Shown here: positions 1 to 11,892 of the stretch, in pieces | How positions within the stretch are numbered: the stretch's first letter is position 1 | How the letters are laid out: every line of letters begins with the position of its first letter | Source: Chrysemys picta bellii | Taxonomy: Eukaryota | Assembly (NCBI RefSeq): GCF_011386835.1 | Contig: NC_088793.1 | Span: 206,770,001 to 206,834,000, forward strand | Reading direction: 5' to 3' | DNA: 64,000 nucleotides | Translations under genes and position numbers: made by a program | The notes under the pieces: generated by a model | Seen by the model: the letters and a program-made list of their open reading frames with translations, nothing else | Told to the model about the DNA's origin: nothing | Database searches by the model: none

Positions 1-3000
1 GCTCAGGCCCAGGGGACATGCCAGCCACCACCAAAGCTAAATTCGGGTTCTCCACTCTCACTGCTCCTCTCACAGACCCTCCCTCCTCTCCTCCTCCTCC
101 CTGGGAGGCCTTCATGTGTCCACAGATAAGCCCCAGGCCCTTGAACTACACTTCATCCTGGACTCCCAGAGCCTGCATGTCATTCTCCCAGCCACACCCT
201 TGAGCTCACAGGCTCCCCTCTCCGTGCTCTCACATACTCCAGCCACTCCTATTTGTGGCTGAATGCTCTCTCCGCTGCCTCACCCCTTGGTATGCAATCC
301 TGCCTCACAGTTTTCTCAAGCTCCTAAACTCACCAGGTTTTTCAGCCCAGATTTGCTGTCAGCCCCTTCTTTGCTGACTTTTCTTCTCCAGCCCCTGGAG
401 CCGATACATACAAGTGTCTCTTCTACTGCCTTTAGCCAACTGCCTCTATTAAAATCCCCCTCCCACACCTGAAGCAACCCTAGTTCAATCCGCTGCAGAC
501 TTCCCAGCGTACTGCAGTGACAAGTCCCAGAGAAATGCCTATGAAGTGCATGAGACAGCACCTCAAAGAACAACACACGTCCCTGAGCCCCAGGAGTTGG
601 GAATCTCATCCCTGCCTCTCCTGAGCTCCTTTCCATCCTGCCTCCCTCCCTCTTCCAGGCCATTAACTCTCTTCCACCCACCCACCCACCTCACCTGCCC
701 CTCCCAGTCTCTCTCTGGCTAGAGATGAGTAACTCTCCTCCTCCGCATTCCCCCAGCTAATACTGAAATGATTTGCAGCAGCATCTCCTCCCCCAAGATC
801 TACACTGACACCTTCTCCCATCATCATCCAGTCCCTAAAGGAAACCACTTCCCCAGAGGTCCCTTTCTCCCCAGATTTACTCCGGAGAGTCCTAGCACTG
901 GTAACTTCTGTTTCGGAGCAAAGTAGGCACCTTAAAAGCCCTGTGCCTAGCTACTATGTGCTGCTGCCACTTGACTGTTGATACTTTCACCTTAGCTCAG
1001 TGACCTCTGGACAAGGTAGAAATGAATGTACATCTTATAGAACTAATCCTGCATCCTTTTGCTTTCCCTCATCACTGGCATTGCTGAATGTTTTGAAGGG
1101 CCGGCGGGTCTTTGCACTCGCATATGGATTTCAAGGTTTCCCTTCTCCAGTACAGATCCATGATTGGCTTGCATGGTATTTTTATTTGCTCGTCCACGAC
1201 AGCGGAATTCACCACTTGCTTACAGCACAGGCGTCAAAATGCTGAAACTCAGGGCTTAGTGCAGGTTCCCAAGCCTGCTGCCCAGCCCCTCACCTGCCTC
1301 ACCCTCCCGTAGGCCTGCCAGAATTCACAGGGGGAAGTCCCAATCTGCTGCACCTGTAAAGTCTGCCAGAGCATGGCTTCTCTGCGGAGAGCCTTAGCCT
1401 GTTGGGAAAATGCTTTGTTCTGGAAGCAGAATCTGAAACTCTGTTTGAGAGGCGAGTTTGGCTGAAAGACGCCTGCGGCTTCCTGTGATGTGGTGGGAGG
1501 GAACAGGGAGACGTGCTGGAGCAGGGTTGCCCTCTTGCTCTATACAGTGCTCATTTAAATGTCTATTGATCACTTCAAAACAGGAAAATTCCCCCCCCCT
1601 TCTCCCCCGGCCAAAAAAACCCCCAAAGGAAACAAAACTTCTCTTAAGAAATGCACCTGAGCAACCTCACCTCTCTCAAAGCAATCAGTGACAAACTATG
1701 AAATCCCCAGTTAGGGCAACATTCGAATCCAGTCCAACTTCAGCCCACATACCTTACCCCTCAAACACATTCACTGACCCAAGCTCCCCTCTGCCTTCCA
1801 CAAAAAGGATGACACACAATGCACATCTCTTGTTCCATTCACCAACTAATCCATCCTCCAAGTATTCAAGTAGTAACAACATGTGAGGGACTGCTGACTT
1901 ACAAGTATGTCTGCTGATAGTTCTGTGTGAATGTTTCTGAGCATTACGATTAGTCACTTTGTTTCCTGGAAGAATTTAATCCAAATTAAGAAAAAAAAAA
2001 AAAAAAAGGTTACTTGTCAAGAGACGTACTCATCCATTCCATAAGAGAGCGGTCTGCCGCTAATGGTGAGAAAGCACAAGAGAAAAAACAGTCTTTAACA
2101 GAGCCTTACAGGTAACCCTAATGGGAAAGGAGGAGAAGAAACCCACGGTAGGGAGCACATTGCAGAGCTGGCTTCTCCCTCCTCCTGGCCGTATCGCCAA
2201 AGGAGAGCTGACGCCAACAGGCTTGAGGTTTGTTTTGTTGTTGTTTTTAAAACCATTCTAGGTTTCTTCTACATCCGTAGCAACCAACAGTATTTGCCAT
2301 TTTGGGTCACTGAAGGAAGCTTCCGAGCGATGCTATTTATACCCTCATACTGCATCACTTGGTCCTTGGAATGCAGCACTGCAGCTTCTCACCAACCTGA
2401 CTGGGGAACTGCCCAATATTAATTTGGTTGCTTCAGATTGTTGTTGGTCACCTTTGTGTTTGACGACATGAGACTTGGGTTCTTCTGTACAGCGCTGTGG
2501 GATCCAAGGATCACGACTGCTGTACAAGAAGAAAGGATTAACTCACGTGGCTGGTGGTGGTGTCCCCTTGCTTCCGTCTAGCCAGAAGGAACTAAGGTGG
2601 GAAATTGTTTTTAAAACCGTACACACCAAATAAAGGGGAAAATCCAGCATGGGAAAGGAGTGGGGACCAACAGGCTGAGACTAAAATGGAGTGGAGACCA
2701 CGGATCACTAAACGGGAGTCCCCAAGGCAAAGTACTCCAGCTTCAGACTCTGTTTCAATTACACCTTCGTTTAGGCATAAGCTCTAACACTGGGTTTTCA
2801 GAAGGAGCAACTACTATCAGTATAGATGTTGCTTGGGCCATTTATAAATTTAATGTGTTTATCTTTGGGGATGGGGGGTTATAAATGAATACTCTGTTTT
2901 GATGACACACAGCCCCACTGAACTGCTGACTTTTTACCCTTCCTTCCCCTCTAACTTTAAACAAGTCAATAACCTCTAATTCCCAGGCTAGAGTTATAGT

Positions 3001-4022
3001 GCAACACATTCCAATTTCTCAAGAACAGCACATAGCGAAGACTTAAGCACACAGCCTCCTATTCGGACTGTACTAGATTGAGATGGAAGTGGGGAAAGTC
3101 TTGCCCTGAAAAACTAAATTAATGGAAAAAATAAGCATGCCCCCTTAGCTGGCGAGTAAAATGCTTTCTGGAGGCTGGATCTCTATCTCCAGAGCCCAAG
3201 ACAAACACACTGTTTGAACACTGAATGAGCTCAATCTTACCAAAACATTCATAAGTGCCTGAGTTCCTGCTAATTCCAGAAAAACTGTGTGTTAATATGC
3301 GACATCATTTGTTATAGCAAGTTACTCTGTATTGACACTACTCCAGATGCGTCTTTCTTGGCAGCATCAGCGCCCAGGGCGAAGGGTGCTCTGGGTAGCA
3401 CTTTTAATATAGAATGTGTGTTTGCATGTCAGCTCTTCCTCTGCTGACAGTCAGGGTGTTACAATAGTGAGAAACTCAAGCTTCCTCTAGTACCTTCTCC
3501 GTATCGCTCAAATCCACCACTTTTCTCCCCATGCTTAATGGAACTCCGATGTCAATTTATCCCCGCGCTTGCCTCTCCCTCCCAAGCAAACTGCAAGCTC
3601 TCTTCTACCACTCAGTTCGCCTCTCAATAACATTTTGGACCGTGCCAAGGAAACTTCTGTTCCATTCAGGATTCCTTCTTTCTGCTAGCTATAGCTTCTC
3701 CTCTCCATTGTCCTTGCTCTCAATGCAGGCTTCACTACTGTATTCTAGCCCATCCGCATAGGCGGCTCTGGCATATCTAACTGTGCTCCCCTTCAAGTCT
3801 CTATGTCTATGGAATGCCACAGGGTTCAGTTCTCACCCTCTGTCTTTTACAACTATCTTCCTGCCTCAATCTGCCTCTCTCTACCTTTGACATTAAGTAC
3901 CACGTTTAAGCGCATTAAGTTCCTTATTCAGCAAAGCTGTTGAAGAGAGAATTTGAAAGAAAGATGCCATACAAAAGAGAGGAGTTGTACAGGTGTGATG
4001 TTTTGCAAGATGAATGCCTTAC

Positions 4023-4112
4023 CTCCTCTGAATTCTCTGCCCCACCATCCTTCCCACCACCACTGCTGCCGCTGCTGGGCTTTGTGGTGCTTTTAGCAGA
4101 CTTTGGAGGCTC
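4023..4112 (-). CDS. PPP2R5D: PPP2R5D exon 2 (EPPKSAKSTTKPSSGSSGGGKDGGAENSEE)
   Basis: Acceptor ttccAG, 90 nt in phase 0, donor GTAAGG. Resembles human [26 protein letters not shown]. Later exons lie left of the window. Confidence 0.93.
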
Positions 4113-5849
4113 CTGGAACAACGAGGAGAGAGCATATTCAGTTGCACTGGGCTTGGAAAAGATTTAATTCCGTTCAGTTAGACACAGGTTTCTGTGGGCT
4201 TGGCTATACTGCCCCACTGTTCAGACTACAGGGGTGAAGACAGCAGTGTCTTGTGCACCAAAGTGCTGCCCAATAAATCCCCGGCATGAACTTTGCGGGC
4301 GCAAACTAAAAGGTTCCCAGTTCACGTTAACATAGTCCTCTTCAAATAGGGCTACATTAATGTGAACTAGGAACCTTTTAATTTGCACCTGCTGCATCCA
4401 CACAGAAGAGCTATGGCACAGTACTTCGGTGCACCAGGCACTGCTATTCACACCCCCAGAGTCTGAACCGCAGGATAGTGTAGACATTGCCTATATCTGC
4501 TTCACTCTTTCACAGACTGTCACGGAGACACCACCCCAGCAATAATCCATGATCCATGTCTCTTAAAATGGGGGCTCCCAGAGATACTTCCTCCCCTTCA
4601 CAATGGAGAACTCTGCACCTAGCTAAGGTTGGAGCAGCCCAACTGTCCAACTACTACATACGTCATATCCTCTTCCAAGCCAATCTGACTCGGTAACTCA
4701 CCCCCTGCAGAGTGGAAAGCTGGCTGTTAACCTCCCAAACAGAACCAGGCTACAAGAATGCATTCACACTCCTAAAGATTCCCCCAGCGGACCTGGGGCC
4801 TGTCCATGGCCCACCACAGATGGGTGACAGGGAATACAATGCCAGGAGAGGACAGCAGCTGGGGAATTAGTTTAGCTGGTTACGGCACAAACGTTCCTGA
4901 TGCAACATGTGGCTAAAACACCAGGCCCACAAGAGGGCATCTGACAGCAAAAAAGGTGCAAAGAATTAGCCAACACAGGACTCACAAAGGGGTTGTAATT
5001 AAGCCATGAGCTCACCAGGTACAATGGGAAGGGAAGGGACTAAAGAGTGCTTGTGGGGGAAGAAACAGAGAGCACGGGGGGTGGGGGGAAGAAGGACAGG
5101 AAAAGAGGTGGGAGAGCTGGGGTTGGAGAGAAGTGGGAGAAAAGGGAAGCAGGGGAGAGAGAGGCCAGAGCCAGATGAACAACAGACGTGCAGCAGCCAG
5201 GAATGTGAGCGAGGCTAGTGGGGCAGAGGACGGGCTTAGAGAGCAGCACTCTAGCCTGCTGCCTGCAGACACCTGTGCATCACGCATGGACAGTGTTTTC
5301 ACTGTGTGTGGCCAGTCTGTGCTGTGGTCCATGGCAACATGTGTGCCAGATGCATCATGTATGCACAGGCCATGGCAGCATGTTCCAGGTGGGTTTCTGC
5401 ACCGTGACCTAGAGAGCACAGTGTGGGTGATATGAGCCTGGGTTGTGGCAACATGTTCACCAAACATGTCGTGCCCACACACGTCCTTGCTATGGCACCG
5501 CATGCAATGCTGCGGCCCGATAAGTGCCTGAGCCTGGTCACCACTAGCATCGAGGCCACGTGTGTGTTTGCACCACGCAGGGATTGCACGATGCCGCTGG
5601 AGCCGTCACGTCTTTTTGTGCCAAATGTGCCTGGACTGTGTCAGAGTTCGCAGGCAGGTGCAGATTTATACCTGCGCTGCAGCCCTGTGGCCCCTCATGC
5701 CCACACCATAGTGATATGCTATTGAACACGTACCCCTACCTGGGGCACGGCTGCCCTTCCCCCTGCACCACGGCACCTTGTTACTGACGCCTACTGGGGC
5801 AGCACTGCGGGACCCACTGCCTCCCACCCTCTTTTCTCCCTGCACTATA

Positions 5850-6420
5850 GCCTCCAGGCCTCTTTACCCCTTAGCCCCCTCTGCCCCATAGCCCCCCTGC
5901 CCCATAACGCCCCACAGCCTCCAGACCCAAAGCCCCCTTCACCCCCCCTTCCCCACAGTCCCTTCCACCCCTGGCACCTCCGCCCACCTGCCCCATAACC
6001 CCCCCCAGATCCATAGCCTCCTCCACCCCTGGCACCTCCGCCCACCTGCCCCCCAGCCCCATAGACCCCTGGCACCTCCACCCACCTGCCCCACAGCCCC
6101 CAGACCCACAGCCCTCTCCACCCCGGCACCTCCACCCACCTGCCCCACAGCCCCCAGCCCTCTCCACCCCGGCACCTCCACCCACCTGCCCCACAGCCCC
6201 CTCCAGCCCCCCTTCCCCACAGCCCCCGGCACCTCCCGCCCACATGCCCCATAGCCTCCCCAACCCCCTAGACCCATAGCCCCCTCCAGCGCCCCTTCCC
6301 CACAGCCCCCTCCAGCCCGGCACCTCCGCCCACCTGCCCCATAGCCCCCCACAGCCTCCAGACCCATAGCTCCCTCTAGTCCCACAGCCCCCTCCGGGCT
6401 CCAGCCCCACAGCCCCCGTG
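5850..6420. repeat. Degenerate C-rich minisatellite (about 45-bp unit) in PPP2R5D intron 1
   Basis: Recurring ccccggcacctcc(a/g)cccacctgccccacagccccc. G-rich on the PPP2R5D sense strand. Confidence 0.85.
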
Positions 6421-7000
6421 CCCCTTTGCCCTCCGCCCCCGGGGACTGCAGCCCAGGCCCCGGCCTGCCCCTTTCCCCGTCCCGGGGGGAGGCGGGGCCG
6501 GGCCGGGGGGGTGCGGGCCGCGAGGGGGATGGGGGGAGGGAGCCGCGCTGCCCGCCGGCCCCACCTTCTCCTTCTTCAGCTTGTAGGGCATCCCGGCTCC
6601 GCTCGGCCCGCTCGCCGCCGCCGCCGCCTCAGCCGGGCCCAGCCGCCTCCCCGGCCCAAACCTGCCTAGCAACAGCCTCGCCGGCCGCACGCCACTGGCC
6701 AGGGCCGCCGGCACGGAATTTCCTCATTGGCCACCTACCGCGCTACCTACGCCAGCAGTCGCCGCGGCCGATTGGCTGGAGCGCGGCCCCGCCCCCAGTG
6801 GGCCCGTCCTCGCTCCCCCCCCCGTCCCCGGCGCCGGAAGGGGCGGGGCCGTGGCAAGAAGAGAGGCCCAAGGCAGCCAGCCGCTCCTCCCAGGCAGGGT
6901 CACGTGGCGCCATGGGAGGAGGCGCCCGGCCGCGCCGCCTAGCGGGCAGGAGGGGAACAGTTCTGCGGCTGGACCCCGGGGCAGGGGAAAGGCTCTCCCC
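6400..7000 (-). promoter_or_regulatory. PPP2R5D CpG-island promoter
   Basis: CpG-dense. ATTGG (CCAAT box) at 6726-6730 and 6771-6775, GC boxes, and E-box GTCACGTGG at 6899-6907. Confidence 0.75.
6565..6591 (-). CDS. PPP2R5D: PP2A regulatory subunit B56-delta, coding exon 1 (MPYKLKKEK)
   Basis: ATG at 6591 in a CpG island. The 27 nt encode MPYKLKKEK, the known PPP2R5D N-terminus, followed by donor GTGGGG. Synteny with PEX6. Confidence 0.95.
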
Positions 7001-7244
7001 AGAGAGCAGGCTTGGCTCCACCCAGGCGGCAGGGGGCGCTGGCAGAGCACAGCACAGCCCCGGCCTAGTCTGCCTGTGGGCACTTGACAGGCCTGAGTGA
7101 TCACACTACCTACACTAGGTGCTCCCCCGCCCCGTGGCTGGGGCCGCAGGGGAAGCCCTCCAGTCCATGCCCGCCCGTGGCTAGGTCACTGCCACTGCGT
7201 CGCTCAGGGAGGTGGATTTTCCCACCGTTCTCCCCACATATGTT

Positions 7245-7348
7245 ACGTAACAGAGGGGTAGCCATGTTAGTCTGAATCTGTAAAAAGCAACAGAGGGTCC
7301 TGTGGCACCTTTAAGTTAGTGTTAAAGGTGCCACAGGACCCTCTGTTG
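7245..7348. mobile_element. Short Penelope-like terminal fragment with inverted duplication
   Basis: cagaggggtagccatgttagtctg terminus. 28-bp perfect inverted repeat 7287-7314/7322-7349. Flanking 12-bp direct repeat cccacatatgtt at 7233-7244 and 7349-7360. Confidence 0.75.
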
Positions 7349-7951
7349 CCCACATATGTTGGTAGTGCAGACGGGCGCAGCTGCCACCAGCGTGGGACCG
7401 TGAGCCAGCAGCTTTAGGTGACTTATGCCTTGGTGCTGCAGGATCACGGGCCTCCGGGTTTACCATGAGCAGCTCATGTGTGAAAGCCACAGCTGGCCTT
7501 GTCCACGGTAGGATTGTCATGTACGTTAGCCAACACTTGTTCGAAACTCACCTTTTCCCTAGAATAGTCATCCACATCAGGGAGCCTCCCCCAAGACAGG
7601 CTGCGTAACCTCACCTACCTTTATTCTGAATCAGATACATTTTGACCTGTTTTTACTGCAGTAAGAGGGGACCTTTACATGTCCATTTAGCTGCCCAGCA
7701 ATGTCTGTCACAAGTAGGATCGCACTGGTAGTGTCCTGCGGCGTGAACGAAAGGTGTTTTTTTTAAACCATGTATTAACTAATACCAGTACAGTCCTAGT
7801 GAAGACAAGGCAGTTGTGGCTTTAACACACATTAGCAGATTGGGGTAAAGACTAGGAATTTTGACCTGCTAACATGTTAAAGCTACAACTGCCAGTACAT
7901 TCACCTGCCAAAAAAAACCACACCTGTCCAATCTTTTTTAATATTAAGATT

Positions 7952-8138
7952 GGGGGGGAGGGATAGCTCAATGGTTTGAGCATTGGCCTGCTAAACCCAG
8001 GGTTGTGAGTTCAATCCTTGAGGGTGCCATTTAGGGATCTGGGGCAAAAATCTGTCTGGGGATTGGTCCTGCTCTGAGCAGGGGGTTGGACTAGATGACC
8101 TCCTGAGGTCCCTTCCAACCCTGACATTCTATGATTCT
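7952..8138 (+). mobile_element. tRNA-derived polIII/SINE (turtle type) with CR1-like 3' tail
   Basis: tRNA-like head (ggatagctcaatggtttgagc...gggttgtgagttcaatcc) and CR1 tail (ccttccaaccctgacattctatgattcta). TSD-like taatattaagat at 7939-7950 and taatattaatat at 8138-8149. Confidence 0.88.
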
Positions 8139-8859
8139 AATATTAATATTTGATAGACATGCCTGGTTTGTTACATGAGTGCAATCAGGGATTTCACTTG
8201 ATTTAATAAAATCACCAGAAACAACATGTTGTGGGAAGTGTAAAGATGCTCACTTTGTAATATGGTAACACCCTGTTAAACAGAGAGAGCTCATGATTAT
8301 ATTACAATATAATGTTTCTCTAAACAAAAATTCATTTTTAGATTGGTTAAAATTTCCTAAATAAATAAAGAGTAATACAAGCAAACCACAAAACCTACCA
8401 CTGGCTTGAATTCTCTAGGATTTTTCCATGTGTCAATTACCATGTGTTAGCTAGCATGCAGTAAAATCTTAATTTTTTTTCCTAGTGAAGATAGGATCTT
8501 TATGTCTTGAGAGAGTTTGATGTCCATGGAATGTTTGGGATATGAGTTGGTTGTCAGGATTACCGACCATACACGCTTCCTGATGAAAAGGCAGCAAATT
8601 AGTCAGGAATTCTAGGCCATAAAGAAACATCCATTGTATGCAAAACAGCATCAGATCATGCAGATCTGTAGGAATGCTTTAATTCAGGTGTCGCGACTCG
8701 CTGCTGTTCAGCACTAAAGACACAACAACAACTGCTCAATTCATTAAAATATTTTATAATAAAAATCTATTTTCTGTGTGAGTTAATTGGAGAGTGCAGT
8801 GATTGTCTGGTTTCACTCACATAGTGTGCCCTTGAATTAACTCAAACAGAAAAAGTGAT

Positions 8860-8935
8860 AGACAAAAACACCCTGTCACTCATGGGAGAACACTTTTCAC
8901 AAAGATATTGCCTCACCCACCTTGTCTCTCTCACA
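8860..8935 (+). mobile_element. Internally deleted Penelope-like remnant
   Basis: acaaaaacaccctgtcactcatgggagaacacttttcac matches 24675-24715, and it is fused to aaagatattgcctcacccaccttgtctctct, which matches about 25890-25920. Confidence 0.55.
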
Positions 8936-9644
8936 TGTGTCCTATGCATTGAACAGGGAGGGAATGGAAGTGTCTGGGATGGGTTTAGAGGGAGACTGTG
9001 AGGCTGAGGGAATGTGGGGGCAAAAAAGGAGAGTATGAGGCTGGCTGACTGAAGAGAAGGGAGGGAAAATATTGGGGGGGGGATAACAGAGCCACTCCCT
9101 CCCCCCTTATATCTTTGTGAGTTAATAAGTCCCCTGTCTCAGGGAATCAGCAGAACCCACTTAACAATGCCCAATTGGACCAACATCTGCTAATTGGGCG
9201 GGTGTTTCAGGCAAACTGCTGACCCCACCATATCAGTCTCTGATTACTTTCTCCAAAACAAAGAAGAGATGCTTTGGGATCCACAGACATCTCTCCCCCT
9301 GGACACAAGCAACCACTGGCCAGGGCTGCATCACATCTGCTTGAGGCCAGCTCAGGAAGCCAAGCAGCTACTTAGTCTGAAAGAGCAGGTAGTGATGATG
9401 AGTAAACAGATTTGGGGATGTTGGAGGTGCTAGGGCCGAGAAGGAACCCCATGAAAATGGGGCCTCACTCTGCAGGAGTCAGAGAACCAGTACTTCTCAC
9501 CCAACAAGGATGGCTGGCAGAGGAGAAAGATTCTCTGCATGCACTCAGCATAGATGTGATAGCAACTAGCTTCCATTATAAAGCCTGGCTTAGCATCCCT
9601 ATCACTTGCACAAGGCCTCCTCGTTGTCCTCCTTCAAACTCTCT

Positions 9645-10522
9645 CTGTGCAGTTCTGGTCTCCCATGTTTAAGAAGGGTGAATTCAAACGAGAACAGGTA
9701 CAGAGAAGGGCTACTAGGATGATCCGAAGAATGGAAAACCTGTCTTATGAAAGGAGACTCAAAGAGCTCGGCTTGTTTAGCCTAACCAAAATGAAGGCTG
9801 AGAGGAGATATGATTGCTCTCTATAAATACATCAGAGGGATAAGTACCAGGGAGATCGAGGAATTATTTAAGCTCAGTACCAATGTGGACACAAGAATAA
9901 ATGGATATAAACTGGCCATCAGGAAGTTTAGACTTGAAATTAGACGAAGGGTTCTAACCATCAGAGGAATGAAGTTCTGGAACAGTCTGCCAAGGGGAAT
10001 AGTGGAGGCAAAAGACATATCTGGCTTCAAGACTAAGCTTGATAAGTTTATGGAGGAGATGGTATGATGGGATAGCCTAATTTTGGCAATTAATTGATCT
10101 TTGACTATTAGCAGTAAATATGCCCAATGGCTTGTGATGGGATATTAGATGGGGTGGGATCTGAGTTACTACAGAGAATTCTTTCCTGGGTGTCTGGCTG
10201 GTGAGTCTTGCCCACATGTTCAGGGTTTAGCTGATCACCATATTTGGGGTCGGGAAGGAATTTTCCCCCAGGGCAGATTGGCAGAGGCCCTGGGGGTTTT
10301 TCGCCTTCCTCTGTAGTGTGGGGCACAGGTCACTTGCTGGAGAATTCTCTGCACCTTGAAGTCTTTAAACCACGATTTGAGGACTTCAATAACTCAGACA
10401 TAGGTTAGGGGTTTGTTACAGCAGTGGGTGGGTGAGATTCTGTGGCCTGCATTGTACAGGAGGTCGGACTAGACGATCATAATGGTCCCTTCTGACCTTA
10501 AAGTCTATGAAATCTATGAAAT
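9645..10522 (+). mobile_element. CR1 LINE 3' fragment (ORF2 C-terminus plus 3' UTR)
   Basis: Peptide CVQFWSP...EQVQRRATRMI and ORF 9810-10067 (MIALYKYIRG...FWNSLPRGIVEAKDISGFKTKLDKFM). Ends in tctatgaaatctatgaaatc. Confidence 0.9.
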
Positions 10523-10688
10523 CTTCTGCAGTTGGGGCTACAGACAAAGGGCTTGGCAGCTAGTGAGTTGGGACAGCTGCTTCTTATGCCTCACTGTTTC
10601 CTTCCACTGACTCACCCCAGGTGTCTATTACACCCCTCTATCACCCTGATTCCCACTAGACTGGCAGCTGTGTTAGGGCTATTTCTTC

Positions 10689-11041
10689 GTCCGGTGTCAG
10701 TGCAGCGCCCGGCACAACGGAGCCCATGTCTTTGTCCAGTGTCAGTGCAGCGCCCGGCGCAACGGAGCCCATGTCTTTGTCCGGTGTCTGTGCAGCGCCC
10801 GGCGCAACGGAGCCCATGTCTTTGTCCGGTGTCTGTGCAGCACCTGGTGCAACGGAGCCCTTGTCTTTGTCTGGTGTCTGTGCAGCACCTGGTGCAACGG
10901 AGCCCTTGTCTTTGTCTGGTGTCTGTGCAGCGCCTGGCGCAACGGAGCCCGTGTCTTTGTCCGGTGTCAGTGCAGCGCCTGGCGCAACGGAGCCCGTGTC
11001 TTTGTCCGGTATCAGTGCAGCGCCCGGTGCAACGGAGCCCT
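10689..11041. repeat. 45-bp minisatellite, about 7.8 copies
   Basis: Unit gtccggtgtc(a/t)gtgcagcgcccggcgcaacggagccc(a/t/g)tgtcttt starts at 10689, 10734, 10779 and so on to 11004. Confidence 0.95.
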
Positions 11042-11279
11042 GGTCCATGGCCAGACACTTCTGACGTGGACTGAGGCGACAGGCAGCCTGCAAGAGCGGG
11101 AAGCTCGGCTCTAGGCACAGTGGCTGGAATCGCTGGGGCTGCAAGGAGCCGGTCTGCTCCAGATGCCGCTGGCCTTGGCTGTGCGGGGAGCAGAGGCTGT
11201 TCTGGTCGGGCCTGGCCAAGGCTCTGCTCTGCCCCTGTTCTCCCTGGTCCTGGTTCTGGCAGGCCGCTCTGCGTTACTC

Positions 11280-11892
11280 TCAATGACAGAGAGGGGCTCC
11301 CTCGCTCGCTCTCCATGGTGCTGGCTCTGGCGGCCTGCTCTGCGTTCGCTCTCTATGGTACCGAGGGGGCGCTCTGTGCCCGCTCTCTGTGGTGCCAAGG
11401 GGCCGCTCTGTGCCCACTCTCCATGGTACTGGCTCTGGCGGGCCGCTCTGCGCTCGCTCTCTATGGTACCGAGGGGGCGCTCTGTGCTCGCTCTCCATGG
11501 TCCTGGCTCCGGCAGAGCGCTCTGCGCTCGCTCTCTATGGTACCGAGGAGACGCTCTGTGCTTGCTCTCCATGGTCCTGGCTCTGGCGGGCTGCTCTGTG
11601 CTTGTTCTCTATGGTAGAGGCACCGCTCGGCGCTTGCTTTCCATGACCCTGGCTCCAGCGGGATGCTCTGTGTTCGCTCTCTATGGTGCCAAGGCGCTGC
11701 TCTGCGCTCGCTCTCCATGGTCCTAGCTCTAAAGGGCCGCTCTGCGCTCACTCTCTGTGGTGCCGAGGAGTCGCTCTGCGCTCGCTCTCGATGGTAGAGA
11801 ACGGGCCGCTCTGCGCTCGCTCTCCGTGATGCCGAGGCGCCGCTCTGCGCTCGCTCTCGATGGTAGAGCGGCCGCTCTCCGCGGGCTCTATG
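11280..11892 (+). repeat. Dimeric higher-order tandem array (40+34 = 74-bp period) abutting the PEX6 ATG
   Basis: Core gcgctctg(c/t)gctcgctctc(t/c)ATGGt. ATGs at 11423, 11463, 11497, 11537, 11571, 11611 and others alternate at 40 and 34 bp spacing. Confidence 0.9.

Noticed and set aside
5845-6714. Gly-rich ORFs in PPP2R5D intron 1 and Cys/Val/Thr-rich ORFs at 46080-47209
   Set aside because: They are translations of minisatellites and CpG islands. Only the embedded true exons are supported.
7952-8030. tRNA gene-like sequence (also 59225-59302)
   Set aside because: It is a SINE head: no proper acceptor stem, and it continues directly into a CR1-derived tail.
10532-11316. Repetitive ORFs in five frames across the 45-bp array
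   Set aside because: The period is a multiple of 3 and the unit is nearly stop-free. There is no splice or homology support, so these are translation artefacts.
10689-11892. CRISPR-like appearance of the regular arrays
   Set aside because: Units are head to tail with no unique spacers, there are no cas genes, and the context is a vertebrate genome.
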